Origin: Octopus sinensis
Lineage: Eukaryota
Assembly (NCBI RefSeq): GCF_006345805.1
Contig: NC_043004.1
Span: 100,378,001 to 100,442,000, forward strand
Length of the DNA: 64,000 nucleotides
Direction: 5' to 3'
Shown: positions 11,903 to 25,299 of the stretch, piece by piece
Layout of the letters: every line of letters starts with the position of its first letter
How positions within the stretch are numbered: position 1 is the first letter of the stretch
The notes under the pieces: model-generated
What the model was told of the DNA's origin: nothing
The model's database searches: none
The model's input: the letters and a program-made list of their open reading frames with translations, nothing else
Position numbers and translations under genes: made by a program

Positions 11903-12468
11903 GCGCTTGCATATGTTTGTATATGTATGGCTTGAGGGGAGCAGCAATTGCAAACGAAATACATTAAGGGATGACTTCGTGATGAAAATTTTTAGTGTCA
12001 CCCCAGTGAAATCGAAAGACTTAATTCCCAACATAACATTTATTTAAAATTGAACGTGTGGTGGAAAAAGAAGTCTAAAGGCCTGGAATAAAACAAAAGA
12101 AATAACAGAAGAAATTTTATTTTCAAAACTACCCCTTCATCTGAGTGAGAGAAACTTTTTTTCTGACGAAGAAAGGATATTTGGAAAGAAAAAACTTATG
12201 AAAAATTAATGTAGTTTTGTTATATATAAATAAAAAATATATCAAAATAGTTAGCGTGTCAGACGAAATGGTTAGCGGCATTTCTTCCAGCTGTGTAGGT
12301 TCGGAGATGAAATTCTGCAGAGGACAATTTTGTTTCACTCATTCGAGGTCGATAAAGTATTGTACGAGCCAATTATCTGAGTCAGTTTAATCGACCTGCT
12401 CCCTCACTGCAAGTGCTTCTGGCTTTTTACCAAACTCAGAAAGAGTTATTATTATTATTATTATTATT

Positions 12469-12871
12469 TTATTGTCTTTTCACCGCTTCTAACGCTGGAG
12501 ATGTACTACAGTGTCAGCAGTTCACTACGCGTGAACTAAGATAACACCCCGTATTTTTTGAGCACCACCCGGAGTATTCGAGCGGTTCTAAGCAATGCTA
12601 TTTCCTGCAAGTGCTCCACAATTATTGCAGCCCCTATTTGTTCCATGTACTTTCTAAGATTTTTACACACTGTTACCAGGGCCCCAACAATTATTGGTAC
12701 TACTACCACCTTTTTCATCGACCACAACAATGAGATCAACATGTCGCGCACATATGGTTGTGATGCATGTGCCTAATGTACCCTTATCAGACAGGTAGTC
12801 ATGATGGGTATATAAGGCTTCATATATTTTACCCTGTGTCACTTTGATGGCATGCACTACTCTCTCATCAA
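12469..12871 (-). mobile_element. R4/Dong-type non-LTR retrotransposon 3' fragment
   Basis: VVVVPIIVGALV...LQEIALLRTARILR RLE C-terminus followed by a 3' UTR and (TAA)n at 12447-12468. Confidence 0.8.
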
Positions 12872-12945
12872 CTAATAATAATCTATATAATAATACATAA
12901 TAATAATAATAATATAATAATAATAAAATAATAATAATAATAATA

Positions 12946-15900
12946 GAGAACACCGGGGACGTGGAGAACACCGGGGACGTTTAAGATGTAAGAAGGAAAA
13001 TACAGAGCTCCGAAATCTATCCACAAACATCGAAACAAGGACATCCTATGGAGCCAAAGATTTACTAACAAAGAATTGGACTGTATCCGAGTAAGTAATA
13101 CTAATTGAAATTTATTACTATTTTCGAAACGAAAATGAGTATTTTGACTCGATATTATCTCCACCTCTAACACAACACATGTAAACATGCGTGGAACATC
13201 ACGATCATCCCCGACCTCAAACACCATGTACAAAGGAACTACGAAGAAATTAAATGCCACCGATACTATTCAACCCAAGAATAACAATCGAGCGATACGT
13301 ACATTAAACTTACAACAAAAAATGTACGAAAAACTACACGTGCGAAATAATGTGACAACAGAAATAAACAGACCGGTACCCTACGAAAATAACGACCGTC
13401 AAAATAATGGGCCGGACGTTGTACCTCATGTCCCGCAAATAAAACCCAAAAGACGTAAATGGACACGTGAGGAATACATTTCTATCTTACACGCATACTT
13501 CACAGCAATGCTCTACCCAAAAAATGAAAATACAACAACACATACATATAAAATATGGAAGGAAAATAATAGAGATACAGACTTGGATACAGCAATGAAC
13601 CCTAATAAATTAGCTAACGTACGAAGATACATTCTCAAAGCCAAAAAAATATCAGAAATAGAAATAGAACATTAAAAGAAAAAATACACCAGGAAAATGT
13701 AGATAGAAGCCACACAACAATGCCCAATAATATAAACACTGAAACTGTAAAACACGAAGACAAACGCAACATTCCAACAAACACGATGTAAACACGAAGG
13801 GGAGCCTAATGATTATGATAATATAAAAAATAAAATAATCAAAGAACTGAAAACCACAGAGCCCAAAATGGACCACCGACCGTACCTCCCAAGAATAAAA
13901 TAAACGAAATAACAACCCAATTATAAAACAGCATAAACCTAGCCGTCACTGAACTAGCCACTGAAACAAAAAAAAGTGATATCACTGAACTAAATGACTT
14001 GATATACGCAGCAGCCACTGCAGCCACAAAAGAAGCTGGATACTCACCCAAACCCGCCCCCCAAACAGGAGTACCCTGTGGATAAATAACATCCAAAACA
14101 AAATTAAAAAATTAGAAAAGACCTGTCGATTCTTAATGAAATCAGCAAACAATCAACGCTACTGAGCAACAAAAAGAGAACAAAAATGCTCCGCAATATA
14201 ACATCACAGAAAAAGATTTGCCGGAGATAAAAGAAAAGCTGAAGCAAGATATCCTTGCCAAAGCTCAAAGGATGCGCGGTACGAGAAACGCCAACGCTTC
14301 TTTGAACAGAACAAAAAGTTCAAGTCCAACCCCAAAAAGTTCTACCAAGAACTGGGAAAAAATAAAATAGAAGTCACTGCAGCACCAACGGCAGAAGAAT
14401 TGGAAGAATTCTGGAGAGAAATATGGTCGGCGAACGAACAGCCAAAAAAAAGGAGTATCAAAATAACAACTCGGCATCTGAACAACTTTGGACCCCCATA
14501 ACAACTGAAGAGGTCACCCAGGCACTGCAAAAACTAAGCAACTGGAAGGCACCTGGCATGACAAGATCCCCAACTTCTGGTTGAAATATCTAACAGGAAT
14601 GCACAAAAAGCTGGCTGAAAACTTTAACAGCATACTAGCAGAGCCAGAGACAATGCCTGAATGGCTCACGAAGGGGAAAACCATCTTAATTCCCAAATCA
14701 AATGAAACAGTAAAACCAGAAAACTACAGACCAATAACCTGCCTCCCTACTATGTTCAAGGCATTTACTGCAGTGATATCGCAAAGGCTGAACAAGCACC
14801 TGGACGAAAACAAACTGCTCCCAGAAGAGCAGAAAGGATGCCGCAAAGGCTCATATGGCTGTAAAGATCAACTAATGATTAATAAGCCGTAACTGAAGAC
14901 AGCCACAGAAAGAAGAAAGGCCTCAGTATGGCCTGGATTGACTACAAAAAGGCGTTTGATAGCATCCCCCACACAGGATCCTCGAAACACTAGCATTAAC
15001 AAAGTAGCACCAACAATCATAAAATTCATAGAGCACTCTATGAATAAATGGCAAACAGTCCTACACTCCAAACAAAAGAGGGACTCATGAAAACCAAAGA
15101 CATCCCCATTAGAAGAGGAATATTCCAGGGAGACACGCTCTCTCCACTCTCTCCACTCTTTTGCTTGGCACTGTCACCTCTATCTGATATGCTAAATAGA
15201 ACTGGATGCGGATATAAATGTTACGGCAAAACGATCAGCCACCTTTTATATATGGATGACCTAAAACTATACGCTGCAAATGACAAACAGCTGGAAACAC
15301 TATTAAAGACAGTTCATGGATTTACCAAAGAAATAGATATGAAATTTGGATTAGAAAAATGCGCCAAAGTAACCATGAAAAGAGGAAAACTAGTTAAGAG
15401 TAACAACATCACACTAGATAAAACCAATGAAATAAAAGAATTAGACCAAAGCCAAACTTACAAATACTTAGGAATCCATGAACTAGATAAGACACAACAC
15501 ACACAATGAAAGAGAAAATAAAAAAAGAATATATAGACGAGTTAGATCAATACTAAAAACAGAGCTCAATGCTAAAAAAAAGATAATAGGTATCAACACT
15601 TTAGCTGTCCCAGTTATATAAATTACAGCTACACTAAATCCTTACTGGACACGAAATGAACTGACCAAATAGATAGGAAAACAAGAAAAATACTGACAGG
15701 ATCTAGGATGCATCACCCAAAATCTGACATAGAAAGACTATATATACAACGTATAGAAGGTGGTAGAGGCCTTATACAGCTGGAAAACTACTATAAAATA
15801 ACCACCATAGGACTGCAAAAATATCTACTTCAGAAGGAAGGAAAACTGATCCAGATAGCAGCAAAACACGAGCAAAACAAAAAACTGTTCTCAGTATTTA

Positions 15901-16902
15901 AGGAAGCTGACAAATACAGACAAGAAATCATACCACCTAATAAACACGAAGAAGAAGAAGAAGATGATGAAGAAACAACAAAAGCTATAAAACAAATGAA
16001 ATCCAAACTAAAAATAGAACAGCAACGAACCATGATAAAACGATGGCAAGAAAAGCCCCTTTATGGTAAATACTGCACTAAACTAAACGCAAAAGAAATA
16101 GACAAAGAAAAATCCCAGCAATGGTTGAGAAGCTCAGGACTCAAAGCAGAAACAGAGGGATTTTTAATTGCAGCACAAGACCAAAGCCTCCCCACCAGAA
16201 ATTACAAAAACATGTAATAAGAAGAAATATTACAAGTAACTGCAGAATATGTGGAGATGGACAAGAAACAATAAATCATATTATCTCTAGCTGCCCAGTC
16301 CTGGCTAAGAAGGAATATATTCACAGACATGACAGAGTTGGAACTACATACATTGGAAGCTATGCCAACATTATGGAATAAAAACAGAAAAAAGATGGTA
16401 TAGGCACACACCAGAAAAGGTCACAGAAAACGAGAAAGCAACCATACTCTCGGATATGCCGATACACACAGATAGAGAAATTAGGCCAACAGACCAGATA
16501 TAGTTGTCAGAGATCATGAAGAAAAAAAATGCTTTCTAATTGATGTATCAATACCGGCAGATGACAACGTGTCTCTAAAAGAAATGGAGAACTCTCAAAA
16601 TACAAAGACCTGGAAATAGAGAGTAACTAGAATGTGGAACTGAAAACAGAAACAATTCCTATCATAGTAGATGCATTAGGCATGATAAAAAAATATTCAG
16701 ACAAATACATAACAAAAACACCAGGACTTACAAACACATATAACATACAGAAAATTGCACTACTAGGCACTGCACACATCCTACGCAGAACACTTTCCAT
16801 ACAATAACCATCAGAGCATCACAAAAATCACAGCACATACCAAGGCACACAGAGCTGCGCTCGGTAGTGAAGTGAAAGCACGCTATAAAAATAAAACTAC
16901 TG
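12946..16902 (+). mobile_element. Near full-length R4/Dong-clade LINE (RT + CCHC + restriction-like endonuclease), frameshifted
   Basis: Ordered motifs RRKWTREE, ENYRPITCLPT, EEQKG, DYKKAFDS, GIFQGDTLSPL, YMDDLKL, IERLYI...GGRGL, ETEGFLIAAQDQ, CRICG..ETINHIISSC, RHD, RPDIV, LIDVSIP and ALLGTAHILR. Flanked by (TAA)n on both sides. Confidence 0.93.
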
Positions 16903-16937
16903 AATAATAATAATAATATAATAATAATAAAATAATA

Positions 16938-16974
<37 letters not shown>

Positions 16975-16975
<1 letters not shown>

Positions 16976-17546
16976 ACTCCACACCAGTGGAGTATAAATT
17001 GAGACTGACAGAGTTGGCCAATATCTCCACTGGCTAATAAGTGGCATTACCTATTCAAAACTGCCGACATTGGTAAATCACCCCCTGAGGCTGTAACTGA
17101 AGGAGAAAATGTAACCATTCTGTGGGACTCCAGTGCATACAGACCGAAACCACACCTGAACCATCAAGTCCAATAAACCGATATTGTTGTGAAAGACCAA
17201 AACAATAAAGTTTGCTTATTGATCGACATGAGCATCCCCTGTGATCATAATATCTCAGCGAAGAGTTTGACAAGCGCCAGAAAATATAAAGACCTACTCA
17301 TTGAATTGAGAAAATGTGGCATGTGGCATCTCAAGGCGTGTTACAATACCAGTGATCGTAGGAGCACTAGGAATGATCAAGAAGGGAACCGAAAATTATA
17401 TGAGAATGATCCCTGGCTTACCATCCCTGCAAGAAGTGCAAAAGATTGTTCTTAACTGGTACATCACACGTATTGAGAAGAGCATTGTCGATGTGAGAAC
17501 CGTTGCTGCTCATGTATTTTAATTTAACTTAAAAAAAAAAAAAAAA
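16975..17546 (+). mobile_element. Second R4/Dong-type 3' fragment (RLE domain), different subfamily
   Basis: NKPDIVVKDQ..CLLIDMSIP, KYKDL and TIPVIVGALGMIKKG..LQEVQKIVL. Directly follows the (TAA)n tail of the previous element. Confidence 0.85.
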
Positions 17547-17693
17547 TTTAAGAAAATGAACGAACTATTGAGTTTGGTTTAATGGCCTACCGATGTATAC
17601 TATGAGTTTCTTTGCCCTAGGAGTCGGGAAGACACTCGGCAAGAAATGGAAGCAAATTTGAAAGAAGAAAAAAAAAGTAATAATAATAATATA

Positions 17694-17725
<32 letters not shown>

Positions 17726-18329
17726 ACTTGCTTATCGTGTTATGCAGCTGCATTTCATCCTCGGTTCGGTAAACTGATCTTAATGCATTCCATGTATGAA
17801 TCTCTCAGTTTTTTAAGCGAAATCTAAACTACTCAACATGTCAGTATTATTTAAGCTGGTATTTTGCGATTGAGAATCCCTTATACATGAAAGAGTGTTC
17901 TATCCATAACAGGTTCCCGTAATTTCTCATCTAATTTTTTTTTTTTGCACTAAGGAAGAATGGTAAATCTGTTCATGTTTTGGTAATATTCCTACTTCTT
18001 TTGTAAAGCGTACTTTTCACCGTGCCGCCTGAAATAAGTATCAAAATATCATTTACAAAGAATAATAAATTGGACGTTTGTTAGATTATGAAAATAGATA
18101 GTATATTTTAATTAGATATAACAATGTGGAAAGAAAAATTATTCTCGAAGCTGCCGCAAGAGAGACGTGTCCCATGACGCTGTGCCACGAATCTTTGCCT
18201 TCATTAGCTTTGCTAAATTTTAAATTTAATGGTGTGTGTCTAACTCATCTATTTAAGTGCGGAAATATCTAAAATATAGCATTTGATATGAGCTGCTGTT
18301 CAGGACGCTAGTAGTGGTCAAAAATCCTG

Positions 18330-19150
18330 TTGAGCAATAATAATAGAGATGTGTAAAAATCTCTATAAATCTCCTCTTTGATTTTATCCTCAAGCCATGA
18401 GATACTTTGAGCCCTCATAAGAAACCTATCACTTATACATTTTAAAGGGGACCCTGAATCAATTTCTTTGTACACCCGGTTTCAGTTCCATTGAGAAGGT
18501 TGCCCTCTGTGCAAATCTGCACACTCAAGAAGGTAAAATTTGTTATCTTTTAAATACTTAATTACTAGATGTGTTACAGCTTATTACAGGCATGAGAATC
18601 TCTTAAATAGAAGGAAGTCTTTGTTATTATCAGCAGAGGAGGAAGGGTTCAAAGTCAATGATTTCTTTGAGTTGCATGCAAAGGTTGGAAAAACTTGGCA
18701 TGTAGCTGTCGCCTTCATTGTTTACCATTTATTTAGTCTTCTTTGCTTAGAGAAAGAGGCCTGCCTTGGCTACAGCAATCTCAAGTTAACAAATCATGCA
18801 TATTACATAGTTGAAGATCTATCAGAACAAGATTATCAGCATAGTCAAGATCAGAGCATATACCGTCTCTGATTGTTGATTGTATCTGCTCAACGGAGTA
18901 ACCTTTGTTTTAGATGGTGTCAAGATTTAGCCTATTTAGTTTGAAATCCTTGAAAGATTTCTACAGTAGATAGAAACTCTTTTATTTGGAACATCTGCGT
19001 TTTGCAAAAGCTTGATGGATTTTTAACATGTTGTTCGTGGATTTGACAACCTAATCTGGAAGGCTAAATTCAACATGTTATGTAACATGGATTTTCTGTC
19101 GAAATTCGATAAATCCATGAATAGAAATTTATAAATTTGGCTTGGCGATA
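18330..19150 (-). mobile_element. Highly decayed RTE-like LINE RT remnant
   Basis: Broken frames give FIEFRQKIH, DLDYADNLVL, AVAKAGLFL*AKKTK*M and LMRAQSISW. Confidence 0.5.
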
Positions 19151-20188
19151 CTGACCTCTTCTATAAGTCACGAAGGGACAAAAGTCTGTGATAGTATTGG
19201 TTTTCTCTCGCCGGAAGCGTTTTTGTTCTATTTTAGAATGGGATGAATGTCAGGCTAATGAGGCTTCCGCTTTCGAGAAGCTCTAGAATATGAGATACTT
19301 GACGGATGCGTGACCAGTTATTATGATGAACAACACTCCTCTACTATTCTGATATAGACGACCTCTTCATGATTTCGCGGACATTCTTCGGGATGAATCT
19401 AAATAAACTACACTGTACATCAAATATTCCTTGTCGTGGCTAACATAAACTTAATAATTTACCGACAGGAGAAAATATTTTAGGCAGATACCTTCCAGAA
19501 TATTAATATTTTCAATATTTATGACACCAGCATAGGAAAGAAGGTTGGAAGAACTAGACAAGTTGAAAATAAAAGGACTTGTGGTATTTAGTGAATTTGT
19601 TTTTTCTGCTCGCAGTCCAGAGTTCAGAGTTCAGTGTTCAAACACCACCCCGGTGATGGCATTATGTTCTTCTATTCGTCCGAGCCTGATAAAATAAGGA
19701 TATATGATGTATAGGGTTGATAGATTGGAAAATAGAAGGATAGTAACGTATATACGTAAGAATAGAAAAAAATAGGATATTGTCTGGTAATATTGATTTT
19801 CAGTTGTGGTTCATGGTTTCATAAGCTCTCATATGTATGTGAGGGAAAGAGAGAAATAAAGTGGACGTGTATGTACAAGAGTGTGTGTATGTGTGAGAAA
19901 GAGTGTGCGCGTGTGTGTGTGTGTGTACATGTGAGTAAATTATTTAGAATGATCCAGTTGCTTCTTATTCTGGAGTATCTTCGTCGAATTTCTGGTTCCT
20001 CACTCAGGAATTGGTTGTATGATGGATAGATAGACACAACTATGATGACGAAGACGGACGATTGCTTAAATTTACAAGTCGGTTTTTCACTGAGATAAAC
20101 AGAAATTGAAAAATAGGGGTGAATGGTAATATAAAATTATTCTAGTTTACACACAAAAAAAATACATACATAATACATACATACATAC

Positions 20189-20266
<78 letters not shown>

Positions 20267-20274
20267 AACCAGCT

Positions 20275-20860
20275 TAGAGAAGAAGAAGAAAACGAAACGA
20301 AACGAAACGAATCGAATCGAATCGACGCGAGGGCGCTCAGTCATACAATAGTGTAATAAATAAAATATATGCATACATACAAACATATATGTACGTACCT
20401 ACATCTACATGTATGTATACATGCATATATAAATATATATACGTGTGTACAGGACACCACAAATAGACGTAGAACTCAACGAGAAACGAAAACGTAAAAA
20501 CAGCATGGAACGGACAATTTTTTTAACAACGAAAAAACAGAGTACAAGACAACTACACAAGGAAAAATCCCCTTCATCAGCTGTCCTTAGTTCAACTCCA
20601 GCGTGTTTCGAAGGTGAGGACAGAACACGTCCCGTCGAACTAGTCCTTCCTGCGAAAGAATTAAATAAAATTCCTTTGCGGAGGGGTAAAAACAAGAAAA
20701 AATGTGATAAAAACAGGATGTAAAACAATACAATTAAAAACAAATACAAAATAAAATACAATTACAAAAAATACAGTACAAGAAGGAATAGAAACAGGAC
20801 AGGAAAACAAATAAAGAGGGCCTATAAGCCTAGGCGAGGAAAAAAAATTATATATATATA
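20275..20860 (-). mobile_element. Second copy of the ~814-bp unit (3' part, 107-bp segment, then 5' start)
   Basis: Homology to 6740-6960, 6136-6242 and 6243-6300 in that order. Confidence 0.7.
20569..20629 (-). ncRNA. Non-circularly permuted hammerhead ribozyme candidate, family 1 copy B
   Basis: CGUGU-U|CUGUCCU-ca-CCUUC-GAAACACG-linker-AGGACAG-CUGAUGA-A-GGGG. Perfect 5-bp helix III and 7-bp helix I. Confidence 0.7.
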
Positions 20861-21235
20861 TATATATGCACACACTTATTACGTGGAGCTAGGAGGAAGG
20901 AGAGAGTGAACTGGGGAAAGAAAGGAGGGTCTATATACTTTAGACACATAGAGAGACGGAGAGCCAGATAGAGTGGCTGTCAGAACAGCAGACACAGAGA
21001 TAGACAGACACATAGAAGTATGTATATTTTTTATAATGCACTTTATATTAAAGATTTTAGCTTTCAATTATAAATAATATGGGTAGGCGTATATTTTTGT
21101 ATGTTATAAAACAAAGTCCAAAAGATATTAAACTAAACACGTTATTAAAAATTATACCAATCTAAATCGTAATGTAAAATAAACAAGGAACCGCGGCAAG
21201 CCCACTGGTCTGAGTTAGAAATACTTCTCTCTTAA

Positions 21236-21840
21236 GGCGGTGAGCTGGCAGAAACGATAGCAAGCCGGACGAAATGCTTTGTGGTATTTTGTCTGCCGCT
21301 ACATTCTGAGTTCAAATTCCGCCGAGGTTGACTTTGCCTTTCATCCTTTCGGGGTCGATAAATTAGTGCCAGATACGCACTGGTGTCGATGTAATCGACT
21401 TAATCCCTTTGTCTGTCTTTGTTTGTCCTCTCTGTATTTAGCCCCTTGTGGGTAGTAAAGAAATAAATAGGTATTTCGTCCGCCGCTGCGTTCTGAGTTC
21501 AAATTCCGCCGGGGTCGACTTTGCCTTTCATCCTTTCAGTGTCGATAAATTAAGTACCAGTTACGCACTGGCGTCGATGTAATCGACTTAATCCCTTTGT
21601 CTGTCCTTGTTTGTCCTCTCTGTGTTTAGCCCCTTCTGGGTAGTAAAGAAATAAATAAGTATTTCGTCCGCCGCTGCGTTCTGAGTTCAAATTCCGCCGA
21701 GTTCGGCATTGCCTTTCATCCGTTCGGGGTCGATAAATTAAGTATCAGTTACGCACTGGGGTCTATGTAATCGATTTAATTCGTTTGTCTGTCCTTATTT
21801 ATCCCCTCTATGTTTAGCTCCTTGTGGGCAATAAAGAAAT
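21236..21840 (+). mobile_element. SINE family B, head-to-tail trimer (one full and two 5'-truncated units)
   Basis: GGCGGTGAGCTGGCAG head, GAGTTCAAATTCC B-box-like motif and TAAAGAAAT tail. Units restart at 21471 and 21659. Confidence 0.85.
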
Positions 21841-22759
21841 ATGAAGTACATCTCTCGTGTACAACGATTGCGATTTATCAGTAGATGTTTAATTGCTAAC
21901 ACACAGACACCCATATAAAAAAATATAAGCCTTCGTTCGTTTGCGCTTGTATGTAAGCTTATAAATGAAATTTGGGTGAGTACATCTGTGTGTGTGTGTG
22001 TGATTACTAATTAGTAAGTGTCACAAACGAAACTCAAGTGTATTTTAAATGAGGGTTGGGGAAACAAGTCAGTCCCAATGCAACGACAATCTACATTTAA
22101 TATGTTATTTCTAATATAGGTCACATATTTGCAAGTAAGAATCAGTAGAGCAACGTCTCTGCAGACACGTCTATCTACAAATCTATCGACATCAGAAGGG
22201 TCCAAAATAAAGCCAAGCTCCAGAGAATTTCAATCGAAGTGGTGTGTGTGTGTGTGTGTGTGTGGTGTGTGTGTGTGTGTGTGTGCATATACTGCTCAGA
22301 ATTCCGGCTGAAGATTTTACTGATATAGCTTCGGACCAACTAATTCATTATCATTAAATCTGGTTGATGGAAACTGTACGGTACCCGAGATTTATACATG
22401 TAAATGCGTGTCTATGTGTGTGTCTATGTGTGCAGGTGAGTGTTGATGTGTGCTTTTGTTTGTCTTGTTCACAACGTTTGACAACCGGTTCTGGTTTTAT
22501 GCTCCCGTGTTTTAGTGATTCGACAAAAAGAAAAAAAGATACAATTACTACCACTTATGAAATAAAGGCTAAGGTTACTTCAACAGATTTCACTCCTCAA
22601 GAAGGCAATCCAGCAAAGCTGTAGTTCAATGACGGAATGACGTAAAAGAAAGAAAAATGCGAAAATCCACAGCTATATTAATACATACGTTTTGGTATTC
22701 CTTTCATATGTATAGATATGTTGCAATACGTAGATGTATGCATATATATATATATACAC

Positions 22760-22792
<33 letters not shown>

Positions 22793-22793
22793 G

Positions 22794-22834
<41 letters not shown>

Positions 22835-23094
22835 TATATATATATACACACATATATATATATATATACATACATACATACGTACATAGATACATACATA
22901 CATACATTTATGATCAAGCACACTCGGAACAAGCTGATGTTAGTCTAAATAGTCTGAAACTTTGGAATTTACCATTCACCCCGGAAACTTCACGCTATTC
23001 ATTTTATTCAATTATATATATATATATATATATATATTACACACATATATATATATTTCAAGACATACATTGATATTTATAGACAAACACACAC

Positions 23095-23705
23095 ACACGT
23101 GGCGTAACTGTTTGGTAAGAAGCTTGATTCCCATCCACATTATTCCCGGTTCAGTCCCACTGCGTGGCACCTTGGGCAAGTGTCCTCTACTATAGCCACA
23201 GGCCGAATAAAGACTTTTGAGTGGATTTGGTAGACAGAAACTGAAGGTCCCACTTATAAATATTTTTATATGTATGTTCGTATGTATGTATGCATGTGTG
23301 CGTCAGTGTGTTCGTGTTGTTGTGTCTATGTTTGACACCCATCATTGGCTTGACGACCGGTGATGGTGTGTTTACGTCCCGTAATTTAGTGGTCCGTTGA
23401 AAGATACCGATAGAATCAAGTGGCAGGCTTCAAAAAGTACGTATTGGGTGTCAATTCGTCCGTCTAGAAAATTCTTCAAGGGGGTGCTCCAGCAAGGCCG
23501 CAGTCTAATGACAGAAACAAAAACATTGGCTTGACGACCGGTGATGGTGTGTTTACGTCCCGTAATTTAGTGGTCCGTTGAAAGATACCGATAGAATCAA
23601 GTGGCAGGCTTCAAAAAGTACGTATTGGGTGTCGATTCGTCCGTCTAGAAAATTCTTCAAGGGGGTGCTCCAGCAAAGCCGCAGTCTAATGACAGAAACA
23701 AAAAT
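23095..23705 (+). mobile_element. Diverged SINE family A copy with a 181-bp tandem duplication of its 3' body
   Basis: 23343-23523 is repeated at 23524-23703 with about 2 differences. Confidence 0.8.
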
Positions 23706-24032
23706 ACAAGAGAAAAGATAAGCTTTACATATATATGCATATGTGTGTGCGTGTTAGTGTGTGTTGTGTATTGTGCAAGTGTATATGTTCCCGGTTGCTT
23801 GTCTTACTTTATATGCGCACTATTTAATGTTTTAAAGTTTCTGGATGACACTGTGTTAATCTATACGATAGCATACTAGCGTGTTTTCCCTCATGTGTAG
23901 TAAGCGCATTGTTTTTTTGCGAATGAGTATACGTATAAAAGATAAGCATTTGTTTAGCTTCTCTCTGGTTTGCGGATTTCGATACACTATATGCGCACAC
24001 ACAGAATTCCATTGCACATGCAACCATCTTGG

Positions 24033-24069
<37 letters not shown>

Positions 24070-24212
24070 CAGATACAAACGTATACAGATACACACACAT
24101 ATATACTATACGCGAAAGCCTGATTTTACATACAAATGTGAATTTACACATACAGGTACTCACACACATGCATCCCTGCATGTATCAGCGCGTATACATT
24201 TAAATACAAACA

Positions 24213-24244
<32 letters not shown>

Positions 24245-24365
24245 CTGTGTGTGTGTGTATGTATGTATGTGTGTGTGTTTGTAAATATGTGCATTAACAT
24301 TCATATATATATATATATATATATGAAGAAGTTGGTATGTGATATATATAGATGCATACATACAT

Positions 24366-24424
<59 letters not shown>

Positions 24425-24433
24425 CACAGACTT

Positions 24434-24474
<41 letters not shown>

Positions 24475-24491
24475 AATATATACATATGTAC

Positions 24492-24503
24492 CCTGATAAA
24501 CAC
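24492..24503 (-). CDS. Candidate 12-nt micro-exon (phase 1: G-V-Y-Q)
   Basis: ctttgttctctctttactcag|GTGTTTATCAGG|gtacat. The upstream intron is conserved in a second copy at 1309-1426. Confidence 0.4.
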
Positions 24504-24778
24504 CTGAGTAAAGAGAGAACAAAGTGACCTCCCTTTCAATCCAGTCATAAATCGTAACAATCATGACATTTATTGAAGTGTTTTAGGGGACATTCACAAC
24601 TCCTTTCCTTTCAGCTCTATATTCTGTTTATGGAAAATTTGTATAGAGTAGGTTTTTTTTCGTTTTTTTTTTTTTTGGGGGGGGGGGTTAAACATTTTTT
24701 TTTTTGCTACTTTTTGTTTCTTGGTCGCTGTTCTTGCTGTTGTTGTTCCTATTCTAAGAATTATAGCTGCCTTCGTAC

Positions 24779-24802
24779 CTCTTGAGGATCCCTTCTTTAA
24801 AT
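24779..24802 (-). CDS. Candidate 24-nt micro-exon (phase 1: D-LKKGSSR)
   Basis: ttttcgtggtgaatttag|ATTTAAAGAAGGGATCCTCAAGAG|gtacga. Confidence 0.3.
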
Positions 24803-25099
24803 CTAAATTCACCACGAAAAAATGCTAGGCTTATTTTTTTTTGTTTTAATACTTATCACCACGTCCAAAAATCACACCAATTCTAGTTCCCTCTCTCTCT
24901 TCCTCTCTTTTCTTCTATCTCATATATATATATATTCCTATATAATGTGTGTTTGTGTGTGTGGGCGTATGCACGTATATACACGCATGCACAAGCCATA
25001 CACACGCATATAAGAATGCGTATCTGCAAGGACAAACACATAAACATTTGACATGATTTATGATTATATTAATATATATGTGTATATTTACATCTAGTA

Positions 25100-25148
<49 letters not shown>

Positions 25149-25224
25149 CGCACGCACATATGTATGCCTATATATATTTGTGTGTATATGTATATATATA
25201 TATATATATCTTTACATATGTGTG

Positions 25225-25299
<75 letters not shown>

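Noticed and set aside
18540-18872. 110-aa plus-strand ORF as a gene
   Set aside because: It is antisense to a decayed RTE-like RT.
19320-19420. Penelope RT remnant (IDDLFMI)
   Set aside because: A single short motif without supporting flanking motifs.
21236-21840. CRISPR-like array
   Set aside because: 188-bp units with no unique spacers; these are SINE multimers in a eukaryotic context.
22110-22140. Plus-strand 15-nt exon
   Set aside because: The acceptor matches a repeat-derived motif also seen at ~57484.
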